A model generated the notes under the pieces. The model saw only the letters and a program-made list of their open reading frames with translations, was not told the origin of the DNA and made no database searches. Made by a program: the position numbers and the translations under genes. 64,000 nt of DNA from an uncultured Gemmatimonadaceae bacterium (GTDB lineage: Bacteria > Gemmatimonadota > Gemmatimonadetes > Gemmatimonadales > Gemmatimonadaceae), in NCBI GenBank assembly GCA_963751275.1, contig CAVVTZ010000007.1, positions 448,001 to 512,000 on the forward strand, in the 5' to 3' direction. The stretch's first letter is position 1. Each line of letters opens with the position of its first letter. Shown one piece after another: positions 44,131 through 54,545 of the stretch.

Positions 44131-44172
44131 CTGCTAACGGCAGACGTCGGCTGTCGCCTGCCACTGCGAATG

Positions 44173-44682
44173 CTAGTGGTGCGCCGTCGCTGCCTCGAAC
44201 GCGGAGCGTGAACTGGGGTCCATCTGCGTGAGCTGGTCGGGCATCTGGGCCGGCGCACGATGGATCGGGAGTGGGCCGCAGGCTATGATCATGCTGCCCG
44301 CGCTGTCGGCGCCCAGGCGGAATACCACGGTATCCACGTCGGCGGCGGTCGTGAAATGCCAGATCGGAACGGCGTTGATCCCCGGTTCACCGGATTCCGC
44401 TGTGCCCACGATGCGGTAATACGCGGTCACGAGCACGCTATCCTTCCCTGGTCCTGGACGCGCGCCGTCCACGGTGACGCCGCTCGTGACGTGGAGCGCC
44501 GGCGTCAGCGCCGCGCCGTTGCAGGAGGCCACCAGCGACATCGCCTCCTCCCAGCTGCCAAGCGTGTCGGCGTGCACGAATTGCGAGACGACCTTCTCCG
44601 CTTCGGCGCCGTGCGGCGGACCGCCGCACCCGGCAGCCGCCAGCAGGATCGCCGCGCCCGCGGCGGCAAGGTGGATTCGCAT
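44173..44682 (-). CDS. hypothetical lipoprotein
   Basis: Lipobox AAAGC. Confidence 0.65.
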   Translation of the reverse strand: MRIHLAAAGAAILLAAAGCGGPPHGAEAEKVVSQFVHADTLGSWEEAMSLVASCNGAALTPALHVTSGVTVDGARPGPGKDSVLVTAYYRIVGTAESGEPGINAVPIWHFTTAADVDTVVFRLGADSAGSMIIACGPLPIHRAPAQMPDQLTQMDPSSRSAFEAATAHH

Positions 44683-44713
44683 GGACGGTAAGATAACGCG
44701 CCCGGCGGAAATG

Positions 44714-45961
44714 TCAGTCGGCGCGGCGCAAGACGAGCGCGGCGTTGATCCCGCCGAAGCCGAAACTGTTCGAGAGGATGTGCTCGGGCGCGCCGGCCAG
44801 TCCCGCGCGCGGCACGTGATCCAGCGCGCACGCCGCGTCGGGCGCTTCGAGATTCACGGTGGGCGGCAGCCAGTCGTTCTCCATCGCGAGCGCACAGATC
44901 GCCGCCTCGATGGCGCCGCTCGCGCCGAGCGCGTGGCCGTAGTAGCCCTTGGTGCCGCTCACCGGCAGCGACACCGTGCGGTCGCCGAACACGCGCTTGA
45001 TCGCGAGCGTCTCCGTGGAATCGTTCAGCGGCGTGGAACTCCCGTGCGCGTTCACGTAGCCGATGTCGGAAGCCGTGAGGTCCGCATCGTCGATCGCGCG
45101 CTGCATGCTGCGCGCGGCCTGCGATCCGTCGGGGCGCGGCGCAGTCATGTGATATGCGTCGTTGCTCATCCCATAACCGCAGATCTCGCCGTAGATCCGC
45201 GCGCCGCGCGCCTTTGCGCGCCCCATCTCCTCCAGCACGAGCACCGCGGCGCCTTCACCCATCACGAAGCCGTCGCGATCCTTGTCGAAGGGGCGTGACG
45301 CCGCGGTGGGATCCTCGTTCCGCGTGCTCATCGCGCGGATCAGCGCGAACGCGCCATAGCAGAGCGGCCACAGTGGCGCCTCGGCGCCGCCGGCGAGCAT
45401 GACGTCCGCGTAGCCATCGCGGATCTGCCGGAACGCATCGCCGATCGCGATCGTGCCGCTCGCGCAGCTCATCGCGTTCGTGCTGTTGGGGCCCTGCACG
45501 CCGAACTCGATCGCCACGTTGCAGCTGGCCGCGCCGCCGAAAACGGTGAGCGCCAGCATCGGGTTCACTTCCTTCACGCCCCCGGCGTAGAACACACCGC
45601 ACTGTTCCTCGGCGTAGCCCACGCCGCCGAGCGCCGTGCCCATCATCGCGCCGATGCGCTCCTTGTCCTCGGCGGCGAGATCGATGCCGGAATCCGCGAG
45701 CGCGAGCCGCGCCGTGGCCACGCTGAACTGGCCGAAGCGGTCGAGTCGCTTCGCGCGCTTCTGTTCGAGATGGTCGGTGGGAACGAAGTCGTTCACTTCG
45801 GCCGCGATGTGGCTCTTGAAGATGGAGGGATCGAAGCGCGTGATCTCGCGCACCGCGCTCCGTTGCGCGCGGAGTCCGTCCCACAACCCGGAGGCGGAGG
45901 TGCCGATCGGCGTGATGGCGCCAAGTCCCGTGATCGCGACGCGTCGTTTCATGTCATTCAC
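44714..45961 (-). CDS. fabF: beta-ketoacyl-ACP synthase (FabF-like)
   Basis: SCASG, NAHGSST, GHALGASG, SNSFGFGG. Confidence 0.9.
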   Translation of the reverse strand: MNDMKRRVAITGLGAITPIGTSASGLWDGLRAQRSAVREITRFDPSIFKSHIAAEVNDFVPTDHLEQKRAKRLDRFGQFSVATARLALADSGIDLAAEDKERIGAMMGTALGGVGYAEEQCGVFYAGGVKEVNPMLALTVFGGAASCNVAIEFGVQGPNSTNAMSCASGTIAIGDAFRQIRDGYADVMLAGGAEAPLWPLCYGAFALIRAMSTRNEDPTAASRPFDKDRDGFVMGEGAAVLVLEEMGRAKARGARIYGEICGYGMSNDAYHMTAPRPDGSQAARSMQRAIDDADLTASDIGYVNAHGSSTPLNDSTETLAIKRVFGDRTVSLPVSGTKGYYGHALGASGAIEAAICALAMENDWLPPTVNLEAPDAACALDHVPRAGLAGAPEHILSNSFGFGGINAALVLRRAD

Positions 45962-46503
45962 TACCCGTCAGAGGTGCATTGGAGCCGCGTTCCGCCGCGG
46001 CGGCGAGACCCGCGAGCGTGCGTGACGCGATCCCGTGGACGAACACCGGTCCGATCACGCGCGTCGCGGCGAAGCCGCCGATCAATGGCCACCACGGACC
46101 ATCCCACACATGGACGATGCGCACCAGCGTGCCGCCGTCAACCGGCGTGAAGCTCCATTCGACGTCCATGCCGCGGGTGACGCCCATGATGTGCCTGAAA
46201 CGTATTGCCGGGCGCACATCATCCACTTGCATCTCGGAGACCCACCAGGCGCGGATGCCGAAGATCCAGAACGGACGCCACGCTGCCATCTCGACGATGC
46301 CGCCGCCGTCCGTCGTGGGCTCATGGATGAGCACCCACCGGTAATGCGCGAGGTGATCCGGCCAACGCTCCACGTCGCGAGCGAGTCTCGAAGATCGTGC
46401 GCACCGGCGCGCGCACGAGGCGCTCATCCGCCGTCTCCATGAGCCGGCCGCCCGGCATGGCGCCGAGATCGTACGGCGGGCCCACCTCGATCTCCTCGCT
46501 CAC
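45954..46503 (-). CDS. SRPBCC/START cyclase-aromatase family protein (frameshift ~46390)
   Basis: VRAP...F.LARDVERWP, GMDVEWSF, TLAGL. Confidence 0.8.
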
Positions 46504-47207
46504 ACCGCCTCCGCGGGCATCCACGCCGCCGTGGTGCGGAAGCCGAAGCGGTCGCGGACCTCGGCGTCGCGCGCGACCGCCGCGCGCACAAGGTCGCGTA
46601 GTTCGCCGCGGCGGAATCCGCGGAATACGGACACGACGCCATCGTGGCGGCTCACGGGATGGAAGCGCAGCGGATACGACGCGAGCCAGATCCCCGCGGC
46701 GGCGAGCCAGCTGCGCCGGAGTTCGCTCACGATCACGAGCCGCCGCGCTACGCGATGCAGCTCGCGCAGCAGCGCCAGCGCGGCGTCATCCTCGAAGTGG
46801 TGGAGCAACTGGGAGCATGTCACGTAATCGAAACTCCGGTCGCCGAAGGGCAGCGCGCGCGCGTCGGCGCAGGCCACCGGGAAATCCGCGCCGCGCGCGC
46901 CGCGCGCGAGCGCCTCCGCCAGTTCCACGCCGGCCGCACGCAGCGTCACGCCGCGCCCGCGCGCCATCGCGATCGCGCGGCGCGGGATGTCGCCGAGTCC
47001 GGTGCCCACATCGAGCAGCGTCGCGGAGCGCGCGGGCGATGCGGCCAGGGCGATATCGAGCTCGGCGAGCACGGCGCGCGTGCCGCCGAACAACGCGTTC
47101 GCGCGCGACACATCGGCGAGCGACCGCAGGCGGAGCCCCGCGTCGAGCGCGGGATCGTCCAGCAGCTCGACCCCCCGGCGGCGGCGCGGCGTGAGCGGCG
47201 AGTCCAC
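46500..47207 (-). CDS. SAM-dependent methyltransferase
   Basis: ELLDD, LDVGTGLGD, DARALPF, LLHHF, HDG..S. Confidence 0.9.
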   Translation of the reverse strand: MDSPLTPRRRRGVELLDDPALDAGLRLRSLADVSRANALFGGTRAVLAELDIALAASPARSATLLDVGTGLGDIPRRAIAMARGRGVTLRAAGVELAEALARGARGADFPVACADARALPFGDRSFDYVTCSQLLHHFEDDAALALLRELHRVARRLVIVSELRRSWLAAAGIWLASYPLRFHPVSRHDGVVSVFRGFRRGELRDLVRAAVARDAEVRDRFGFRTTAAWMPAEAV

Positions 47208-47208
47208 G

Positions 47209-47682
47209 CTACCGCTCCATCTGCGTGTACCCACCGCGGTAGTAGAGCAGGGGCCGGCCATCGCGTGCGGTGGCGGCGGTCACTTCGCCCACGATGATCG
47301 AGTGATCGCCGCCCGCGTGGCGCGCGCGCACCGCGCACTCCAGCGACGCGAGCGTGCCGGCGAGCAACGCACAGCCGGTGATGCCGCGCGTGAAGGCGAG
47401 GCCGTCGAAGCGGCCGGCGTCGGGTTCGGCGAAGCGGCGCGAGATCATCTCCTGGTCACTGGCGAGCACGTTCACCGCGAACTCCTCCGCGCCCTGCAGC
47501 ACGCGATGCAGCTCGGCGCTGTGCTCCACGCAGATCAGCACGAGCGGGGGCGACAGGCTCAGCGAGCAGAAGGAACTCACGGTCATTCCATGATCGCGGC
47601 CGGCGGTGTCCTGCGCAGTCACCACGGTCACGCCGGTGGTGAACCGGCCGAGTACGCTGCGGAAGAGATCGGGATCGAGCAT
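47209..47682 (-). CDS. flavin reductase family protein
   Basis: FTTGVTVVT, SLSLSPPLV, GGDH, PLLYYRG. Confidence 0.93.
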   Translation of the reverse strand: MLDPDLFRSVLGRFTTGVTVVTAQDTAGRDHGMTVSSFCSLSLSPPLVLICVEHSAELHRVLQGAEEFAVNVLASDQEMISRRFAEPDAGRFDGLAFTRGITGCALLAGTLASLECAVRARHAGGDHSIIVGEVTAATARDGRPLLYYRGGYTQMER

Positions 47683-47684
47683 GG

Positions 47685-48959
47685 TCACGGTGCGGATGAC
47701 ACCGGCTGGATCGCCGGGGCCGCGGCGCGCGGCATGGAGAACAAGATGCGCGCGAGGAATCGCGGCGACAGCACAGCGGCCGGCGGCACGAAGTCGCCGG
47801 CGACCCCCACGAACAGATCGGCCATCGCGGGTGCGGCCGCCAGCGCGCGCGCGACGCGGTTCATGATCATCGGGCTCCCCGCCGCCAGGCCGACGAGCCG
47901 CTCCACCTTCCACTTGCCTCCGAACGCGCCGCGCCGCGCGCGATCGTATGCGGCGAGCGCTTCGTTCGCGACGGCGAGCGTGGGCGCGCCGAGCGCCGCG
48001 AGCGCGAAGGGCGCGAGCAGCTCGCCGCCGAGCAGCGCGGCGTAGATCCCCTCGCCGGTGAACGGGTCGAAGAAATCGGCGGCGTCGCCCACGAGCGCGG
48101 CGCCGGGCGCCCAGGCGCGGCGGGCGCGCTGTGCGAACGGCCCGGTCACGCTCACGCCGGTCACTCGCTCCGCGCCGGTGAATCGAGGCGCGAGCTGGGG
48201 ACGCGCCGCGATCCACGCTTCGAAGAAGCCGATCGCACGCCCGCGCGCATTGCGCGCAAGGTCCACCGGCGCGACGATCGCGACGTTGGTGAGCCCATCC
48301 TCCACCGTCGCCAACCCGCAGTAGCCGTCGCGCTCCACGTGCATCTCGCCGAACCCGTTCATGCCGCGCACACCGCGATAGTGCGCGACGAACGCGAGCC
48401 GCCGCGGGATGCGCGCGAAATGCGTGAGCCCGAGCCGGCGCGCGACGATCGAACGCAATCCGTCGGCGCCGATCACGAGCGGCGCACGGTGCTCGCGCTC
48501 GCCGGCGGCGGCGAGGGTGCGCACGCCGTTCACCTCGCCGCCCGCGCCAGTGCTGAGCGCCGTCACCTGTTCGCCCTCGAGCACCTCGACGCCGGCATCG
48601 CGCGCGGCGCCGAGCAGCAGCGCGTCGAGCACGATGCGGCGCAGGCCAAGTCCGCGGTCGCGGAAGCCGCGGAATCCGTGCGCCGCCGCGAAGTTGCCCT
48701 GCGCGAGCGTGCCATCCGGCGAGCGGACGATCATCCCCGCGAGCTGCGCCGCCCCCGCGCGCTCGCAGGCGCCGAGCACGCCCATCGCCTGCAGCAGCCG
48801 CAATGCCTCGGGGCTGAGATACTCGGCGCAGGTCTTGTCGCGGGGGAAGCGCGCGCGGTCGAGCAGGAGCACGCGCGCGCCGGCGCGGGCGAGATGCCAG
48901 GCGGCCGAGCTGCCGGCCGGCCCGCCGCCCACCACGATCACATCCGTGCGTCCGCTCAC
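47685..48959 (-). CDS. FAD-dependent oxidoreductase (geranylgeranyl reductase-like)
   Basis: GGGPAG, FPRDKTC, GADG, GDAA..DPFTGEGI. Confidence 0.9.
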   Translation of the reverse strand: MSGRTDVIVVGGGPAGSSAAWHLARAGARVLLLDRARFPRDKTCAEYLSPEALRLLQAMGVLGACERAGAAQLAGMIVRSPDGTLAQGNFAAAHGFRGFRDRGLGLRRIVLDALLLGAARDAGVEVLEGEQVTALSTGAGGEVNGVRTLAAAGEREHRAPLVIGADGLRSIVARRLGLTHFARIPRRLAFVAHYRGVRGMNGFGEMHVERDGYCGLATVEDGLTNVAIVAPVDLARNARGRAIGFFEAWIAARPQLAPRFTGAERVTGVSVTGPFAQRARRAWAPGAALVGDAADFFDPFTGEGIYAALLGGELLAPFALAALGAPTLAVANEALAAYDRARRGAFGGKWKVERLVGLAAGSPMIMNRVARALAAAPAMADLFVGVAGDFVPPAAVLSPRFLARILFSMPRAAAPAIQPVSSAP

Positions 48960-50404
48960 GACACCGCGCGCGCGATGCGCTGGAAGAGTCCCATGTAGCG
49001 CCAGTGCGGCCGTGGGAGCCGCAGCACGCCGGCGAGTCGCGTGAGGTGCGGCAGCAGCGGCGAGCGCGAGTCCGCGGAGAACATGAAGCGCGGGTGCGCG
49101 GCCGCGAAGGCGCGCAGCCGCGCGACGGTGGCTTCGAAGCCGAGCTCACGGGAGAAATAGAATCTCGGCACGAGCAGCGGATCCGCGGCCGCGACCACGC
49201 CTTCGTCGCGCGCGACGGTGTGCAGCGTCGTGCCGGGATAAATGCGGAGCCCCACCGTGAGATAGACGGCGTCGCCGCGCGCGAGACGGGCCGCCGCGAA
49301 GCGCAGCGTCTCCTCGAGCGTCGCCGGCGTCTCGCCGGGACCGCCCACGAGGAAGATCCAGAGCACGCCGATCCCGGCGGCTTCCACGCGCTCGGCTACC
49401 GCCTGCACCTGCGCCGCATCGAAGCCCTTCTGCAGGCGCGTGAGCACGGCGTCGCTCGCGCTCTCGGCCGTGATGCCCAGCCAGCGGAAGCCGGCGCGAC
49501 GCATGAGCGCGAGCAGCTCCGCGGGCGCCGCCGCGGGAGTGAAGTTCGTCGTGTCGAGATGCACGTTGAGGCCGCGCCGCATGATGGCCTCGCAGACATC
49601 CATCGCGTGGCGCGGCGGCGCATTGAACGTGGAGTCCACGAACTCGAAGTGTGTGACGCCGGCTTCGCGGTGGAGTTCCGCCATTTCTTCGGCGACGAGG
49701 TCCGGATCGCGCAGCCGGTAGCCCCACCCCTCCACGTTGAGGTACGTGCAGTAGATGCACTTGAAGACGCAGCCGCGCTTCGTCTGGATCGGCACGGTTC
49801 CGCCGCGCCGCTCGTAGCCGCGCAGGTCGAGCCACCGCTGCATGTGCGCTGGCGGGAGCGCATCGAGATCGGCGTCACCGCCGGGCGGCGTGAGTGTCAC
49901 GCCCTGCTCGCCGCGCTGCACGACACCCGGGATCGCGCCGGGCGCGCGGCCCGCCGCGAGCGCATCGAGCAGCGCGACCGTCGCGCGCTCGCCATCGCCC
50001 GCCACGGCGTAGTCCACGCCGAGCGTGTCGAAGAGCGCCTCGGGCGCCACGCCGAACGCCGCGCCGCCCGCGATCACGCGCGCCGCCGGCGCCGCCGCGC
50101 GCAGCGTGCCGAGGATCGCCACCGCCTCGGGCGTATAGTGCTGCAGCGCGATGAGATCGCTGTTGTCGATGTTGCGCATCGAGACGCCGAGCACATCGGG
50201 CGCGAACTCGCGCGCCGCCGTGCGTGCCGCGGCGTGCGGATCGCGAACGAACGCGAGATCGAGCACGCGCACCTTGTAGCGCGCGGCGCTCAGCGCGCCC
50301 GCCACGCACGCGATCCCGTTCGGCACCACCGGCATCGGCTGGCGCTCGCGGTTCGTGCTCACCAGCAGCACGCGCGGCGCATCCGATGCGGACCGGGCGG
50401 TCAC
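48956..50404 (-). CDS. B12-binding radical SAM protein (lipid-biosynthesis type)
   Basis: VLLVSTN...P..P.G, SMRNIDN, TKRGCVFKCIYC, GGPGET. Confidence 0.9.
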   Translation of the reverse strand: MTARSASDAPRVLLVSTNRERQPMPVVPNGIACVAGALSAARYKVRVLDLAFVRDPHAAARTAAREFAPDVLGVSMRNIDNSDLIALQHYTPEAVAILGTLRAAAPAARVIAGGAAFGVAPEALFDTLGVDYAVAGDGERATVALLDALAAGRAPGAIPGVVQRGEQGVTLTPPGGDADLDALPPAHMQRWLDLRGYERRGGTVPIQTKRGCVFKCIYCTYLNVEGWGYRLRDPDLVAEEMAELHREAGVTHFEFVDSTFNAPPRHAMDVCEAIMRRGLNVHLDTTNFTPAAAPAELLALMRRAGFRWLGITAESASDAVLTRLQKGFDAAQVQAVAERVEAAGIGVLWIFLVGGPGETPATLEETLRFAAARLARGDAVYLTVGLRIYPGTTLHTVARDEGVVAAADPLLVPRFYFSRELGFEATVARLRAFAAAHPRFMFSADSRSPLLPHLTRLAGVLRLPRPHWRYMGLFQRIARAVS

Positions 50405-50411
50405 GCCGCCC

Positions 50412-51272
50412 TCAGACGAAGGCGGACGCGATCGCGGCCGCCGCGAGGGCGCCGATGCCGGTGCTCAGCAGATTCACGAGATCGTTGTCGAGCCATGAAA
50501 GACCTCCGGCGGCCACGGTCTCCGTGCCGCAGTCGTGCACCTCGCGCTCGGTGGGCGCATCGCACGCCGGGCAGCGGCGCCGCGCCTGCAGCAGCGCCCC
50601 CAATAGCGAATCCGCCAACGCACCCGCCGTTCCCCCTGCCGCCGCCGCGACCGCGAGCGTCGCGGGCCAGCGCACCGTCCACGCGATCACCCCAATGAAA
50701 CACGCGCCCGCCGCCATCGCACCCAGCCCACGCGACGTCACGCCGCCCGACGTGCCGGGCGGCACCACGGCGCGCGTCGTGATCAGCCGCGGCGGCGCAT
50801 CACTCAGCGTGCCGATCTCCGTGCTCCACGTGTCGGCGCACGCGGTGGCGATCGCGCCGCCGCCGATCGCCGTCCACATCCACGTCCACGCGGGGAGGGA
50901 ATCCATCGTGCCCAGCTTGAGCCCCCATCCCGCCTTGATGGCCGCCGCCGCGAACGCGAACAGCGCGCCGTTCGCCAGCACCTGGAGCGCATCCCGCGCC
51001 CCCGCCTTCTCGATCACGCCGCCGGTGCGCCGCGCCTTCTCCTCCGCGCGGTTCTGCGACAGCGCCGTGGCGCTCACGAAGAACCCGATGAGCAGCGCGC
51101 CCCACGAATACCCCGCCGACACGGAAACAGTGCCGACGCCCACCGCCGCCGCTGCGCCCGACATCGTGAGCGAGCCCCGGCGGTTCGCCGCCACCGCGAT
51201 CGCCAGCGCCACGCCGAACCCCACCAGCATCCGCAGCGCGAATCCGTCGTCCGAGATCAGGAAGATGTTCAT
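50412..51272 (-). CDS. DUF92 membrane protein with Zn-ribbon-like insert
   Basis: QVLANG, ADTWSTEIG, GTSGGVT, DSLLGA, CPAC..HDCG, NDLVN. Confidence 0.92.
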   Translation of the reverse strand: MNIFLISDDGFALRMLVGFGVALAIAVAANRRGSLTMSGAAAAVGVGTVSVSAGYSWGALLIGFFVSATALSQNRAEEKARRTGGVIEKAGARDALQVLANGALFAFAAAAIKAGWGLKLGTMDSLPAWTWMWTAIGGGAIATACADTWSTEIGTLSDAPPRLITTRAVVPPGTSGGVTSRGLGAMAAGACFIGVIAWTVRWPATLAVAAAAGGTAGALADSLLGALLQARRRCPACDAPTEREVHDCGTETVAAGGLSWLDNDLVNLLSTGIGALAAAAIASAFV

Positions 51273-51365
51273 GGCGCTCAATAGTGCCGTGACCGCTCGC
51301 CCCCCCGCAAGCGAGCGTCCCCCGCCGTTGTTCGGCCGCCGCTGGGCGGTTACCTTCTCCTCGCA

Positions 51366-51995
51366 ATGGACAACACGGTCGACGCCCTCATCCCGCTCTC
51401 CTTCCTCGAAGCAGTCCGCAGCGTCGACAGCCCCGACGGCGATCTCGAGGCCGAGTTCGTCGCCGAGTTGCGCACCAAGCGCTTCGGCCTGAGCGACACG
51501 GTGTACGCACAGATCCGCCGCTACAACGAGGCGGTGAAGCGGAACATCCGCCCCCCGCAAGACGAAGCGGTGGCTCTCGCGACGCTCATCGGCCGGCGCC
51601 CCGACGCCGAAGCCGCCTTCCGCGCTGCCGGCCGCTACGTAGCGCGCGAGACCTACGCCCGCATCCCGGTCATCACGCGCCAGGCGATCGCGGTGCTGCC
51701 GTCGCTCCTCTCGCGGCCGATGGCGCTGGCGCAGACGCGGAGCATCGCGGAACGCTACTGGGGCGGCACGGTGCGCCGCACCGGCGCGCACCTGCTCCTC
51801 GAGGTGCGAAACTCCGTCACCGTCGAGAGCGCACCGGGTTCGCTCGGCTGCACGTACTACGAAGAGTCGCTGCACGAGCTGCTGCGCTTGCTCGGCGCCG
51901 CCAGCGGCCGCGTGGACCACGTGCGCTGCGCCGCGCGCAAGGAAGGGCACTGCGAGTGGCGCGTGGACTGGCGGAACATCGCGGTCGCGGCCTGA
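51366..51995 (+). CDS. hypothetical protein with V4R-like C-terminus
   Basis: C.YY...H..C.....CEW pattern. Confidence 0.7.
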   Translation: MDNTVDALIPLSFLEAVRSVDSPDGDLEAEFVAELRTKRFGLSDTVYAQIRRYNEAVKRNIRPPQDEAVALATLIGRRPDAEAAFRAAGRYVARETYARIPVITRQAIAVLPSLLSRPMALAQTRSIAERYWGGTVRRTGAHLLLEVRNSVTVESAPGSLGCTYYEESLHELLRLLGAASGRVDHVRCAARKEGHCEWRVDWRNIAVAA

Positions 51996-52035
51996 CGCAC
52001 TTCCCGCCGCCGAGGGCGGGCGTTCTATTTCCATC

Positions 52036-53217
52036 ATGCTCACGACCGACTCCCTCCCTGCGCTCCAGCGCGCGATCGCCGAAGCCGGCGTCGATGGCTG
52101 GCTCCTCTATGATTTCCGCGGCGTCAATCCGGTGTCCGCCGGCGTACTCGAACTGCGCGGCATGGTGTCGCGCCGGATCTTCGTGTACGTGCCGACGAGC
52201 GGCGTGCCCACGGCGATCACGCACAACATCGAGCAGGGCCCCTGGCGCGACTGGCCCGCCGCGTGGAAGCGCGAGCGCTACAGCACGTGGCAGGAATTGG
52301 AGGGCTACGTCGCCGGCCTCGTGAAGGGGAAGAAGATCGCCATGGAGTATTCGCCGGGCGACGCGGTGCCGTACGTGGACTACATCCCCGCCGGCGTGCT
52401 CGAGATGGTGCGCGCCGCGGGCGCCACGGTGGTGTGCTCCGGGGAGATCGTGACGAAGTACTACGCCGTGTGGACGGAGCCGCAGATGGCGTCGCACGTG
52501 CGCGCTGCCGAGCAGGTGCGCGCCACGGCGCTGGAAGCGTTCGCCTTCGCCGGCGCGGCGCTCGCCAAGGGCGCGAAGATCCACGAGCACGAAGTGCAGC
52601 GGTTCGTCATGGACTCCTTCGTGAAGAAGGGGCTGGAGTTCGACCACGATCCGATCGTCGCCGCCGGCGCGAACGCGGCCGACGCGCACTACAGCCCGAG
52701 CGAGAAGCGCCCGCGGGCGCTCGCGAAGGGTGAGCTGCTCCTGATCGATCTGTGGGCGAAGGAACCCGGCGGCCTCTACGCCGACCAGACCTTCATGGCG
52801 GCGCTCGGCGCGCCGAGCGCACGGGCGACCGAGGTCTGGACCGCGGTGCGCGATGCGCGCGATGCGGCGATCGCGCGGCTCACCGAGTTGGTCGCGGCGG
52901 GGAAGCCCATTCGGGGCGGCGAGATCGATGATGCGGCGCGCGGTGTCATCACGAAGCGAGGATTCGGGAAATACTTCACGCACCGCACCGGGCACAGCAT
53001 CGACATGCGGCAGCTGCACGGCTCCGGCCCGCACATCGACAACTTCGAGACGCGCGAGGAGCGCATCCTGGTGCCCGGCGCCGGATTCTCGATCGAGCCC
53101 GGCATCTACATCGAAGGGGAGATCGGCGTGCGCAGCGAGGTGAACGCCTTTCTCGATCTCAAGGGCCGCCTCGTGGTGACGCCGAAGGACTACCAGAAGG
53201 AGCTGCCCGTCTTTTGA
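52036..53217 (+). CDS. M24 Xaa-Pro peptidase family
   Basis: HRTGHSI, SIEPGIY, RSE. Confidence 0.92.
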   Translation: MLTTDSLPALQRAIAEAGVDGWLLYDFRGVNPVSAGVLELRGMVSRRIFVYVPTSGVPTAITHNIEQGPWRDWPAAWKRERYSTWQELEGYVAGLVKGKKIAMEYSPGDAVPYVDYIPAGVLEMVRAAGATVVCSGEIVTKYYAVWTEPQMASHVRAAEQVRATALEAFAFAGAALAKGAKIHEHEVQRFVMDSFVKKGLEFDHDPIVAAGANAADAHYSPSEKRPRALAKGELLLIDLWAKEPGGLYADQTFMAALGAPSARATEVWTAVRDARDAAIARLTELVAAGKPIRGGEIDDAARGVITKRGFGKYFTHRTGHSIDMRQLHGSGPHIDNFETREERILVPGAGFSIEPGIYIEGEIGVRSEVNAFLDLKGRLVVTPKDYQKELPVF

Positions 53218-54545
53218 GCGAGCCCGGCGGCGGCCAGCTTCGCCGCGAGCTTGGCGTGTTCTCCGCGGCGATGATGGTCGTGGGCGGCATCATCGGCAGC
53301 GGGATCTTCTTCACGCCATCCGTCTCGGCGCGCGCGCTCCCGACGGCGGAGTGGGTGCTGGCCGTGTGGGCGCTGGGCGGCGTGGTGGCCTTCGCCGGCG
53401 CGCTCACGTACGCGGAGCTCGGCGCGATGATCCCGCGAGCGGGGGGAGCCTACGCGTACATTCGGGAAGCCTTCGGCGACCTGCCCGCATTCCTTTATGG
53501 GTGGATGATCCTGGCGTCGATCGCGACCGGCGCGATCGCGGCGGTGGCGGTGGGATTCGCGGGATATCTCGCGCGTCTGGGCGTGGTGCCGGCGGATAGC
53601 ACGCTGGCGGTCGCCGCCGGGGCGATCGTGCTGCTCGCGGCCATTAATTATCTGGGCGTGAAGCCCGGTGCGATGGTGCAGAACGTGCTCACCGTGGCGA
53701 AGGTCGCGGCGCTCGGCGCGCTGATCGTGGGCGGCTTCGCGATGTGGTCGCACGTGGGCGCGCCGCTGCCGGTGGCCGATGCGCCCGCTGCGCGCACGCC
53801 GCTCATCGTGGCGCTCGGCGCCGCGTTCGTGCCGGTGCTCTTCACCATCGGCGGCTGGCAGCAGATGAACATGGCGGCGGGCGAGGTGCGCGATCCCGAG
53901 CGCACGATCCCGCGCGCGCTGGGGATCGGGATCGGCATCGTGATCGCGATCTATCTCGGCGCGAACGTCGTGTACCTGCACGCGCTCGGGCGCGACGGGC
54001 TCGCGGCGAGTAACGCCGCGGCGGCGGACGCGGCGGCGAGGTACTTCGGGCCGGGCGGCGCGACGTTCATCGCCGTCGCGGCGATGGTGTCCATCTTCGG
54101 ATTCATCAGCGTGGCGATCCTGGCGAACGCGCGCGTGGTGTACGCGATGGCGGCGGATGGGAATTTCCTGAAGGCGGCGGGCAAGGTGCATCCGCGCTTC
54201 GGGTCGCCGCACGTCGCGATCGTGCTCATCGCCGCGTGGTCGCTCGTCCTGCTCGCGGTCACTCGGGGCGATCTCGGCGCGCTGCTCTCGGGGGTGGTGT
54301 TCGCGGACTGGATCTTCTTCGGGCTCGGTGCGGCGAGCGTGTTCGCGCTGCGGCGCTCGTGGCCGGATGCGCCGCGGCCGTACCGGGTGCCGGGCTATCC
54401 CTGGCTGCCGGCGTTCTTCGTGATCTCCGCGGTGATCGGCGTGGCGAGTTCGTTCGTCTCGTCGCTGCGCATGTCGCTCTTCGGCGTGGCGCAGCTGATC
54501 GTGGGCGTCCTCGTGTACCGCTGGTTCCAATCGGGCGCCGCGTGA
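53214..54545 (+). CDS. APC family amino acid permease
   Basis: IIGSGIF, YAELG, AGG.Y, GGW, GEVRDP. Confidence 0.92.
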   Translation: MSEPGGGQLRRELGVFSAAMMVVGGIIGSGIFFTPSVSARALPTAEWVLAVWALGGVVAFAGALTYAELGAMIPRAGGAYAYIREAFGDLPAFLYGWMILASIATGAIAAVAVGFAGYLARLGVVPADSTLAVAAGAIVLLAAINYLGVKPGAMVQNVLTVAKVAALGALIVGGFAMWSHVGAPLPVADAPAARTPLIVALGAAFVPVLFTIGGWQQMNMAAGEVRDPERTIPRALGIGIGIVIAIYLGANVVYLHALGRDGLAASNAAAADAAARYFGPGGATFIAVAAMVSIFGFISVAILANARVVYAMAADGNFLKAAGKVHPRFGSPHVAIVLIAAWSLVLLAVTRGDLGALLSGVVFADWIFFGLGAASVFALRRSWPDAPRPYRVPGYPWLPAFFVISAVIGVASSFVSSLRMSLFGVAQLIVGVLVYRWFQSGAA

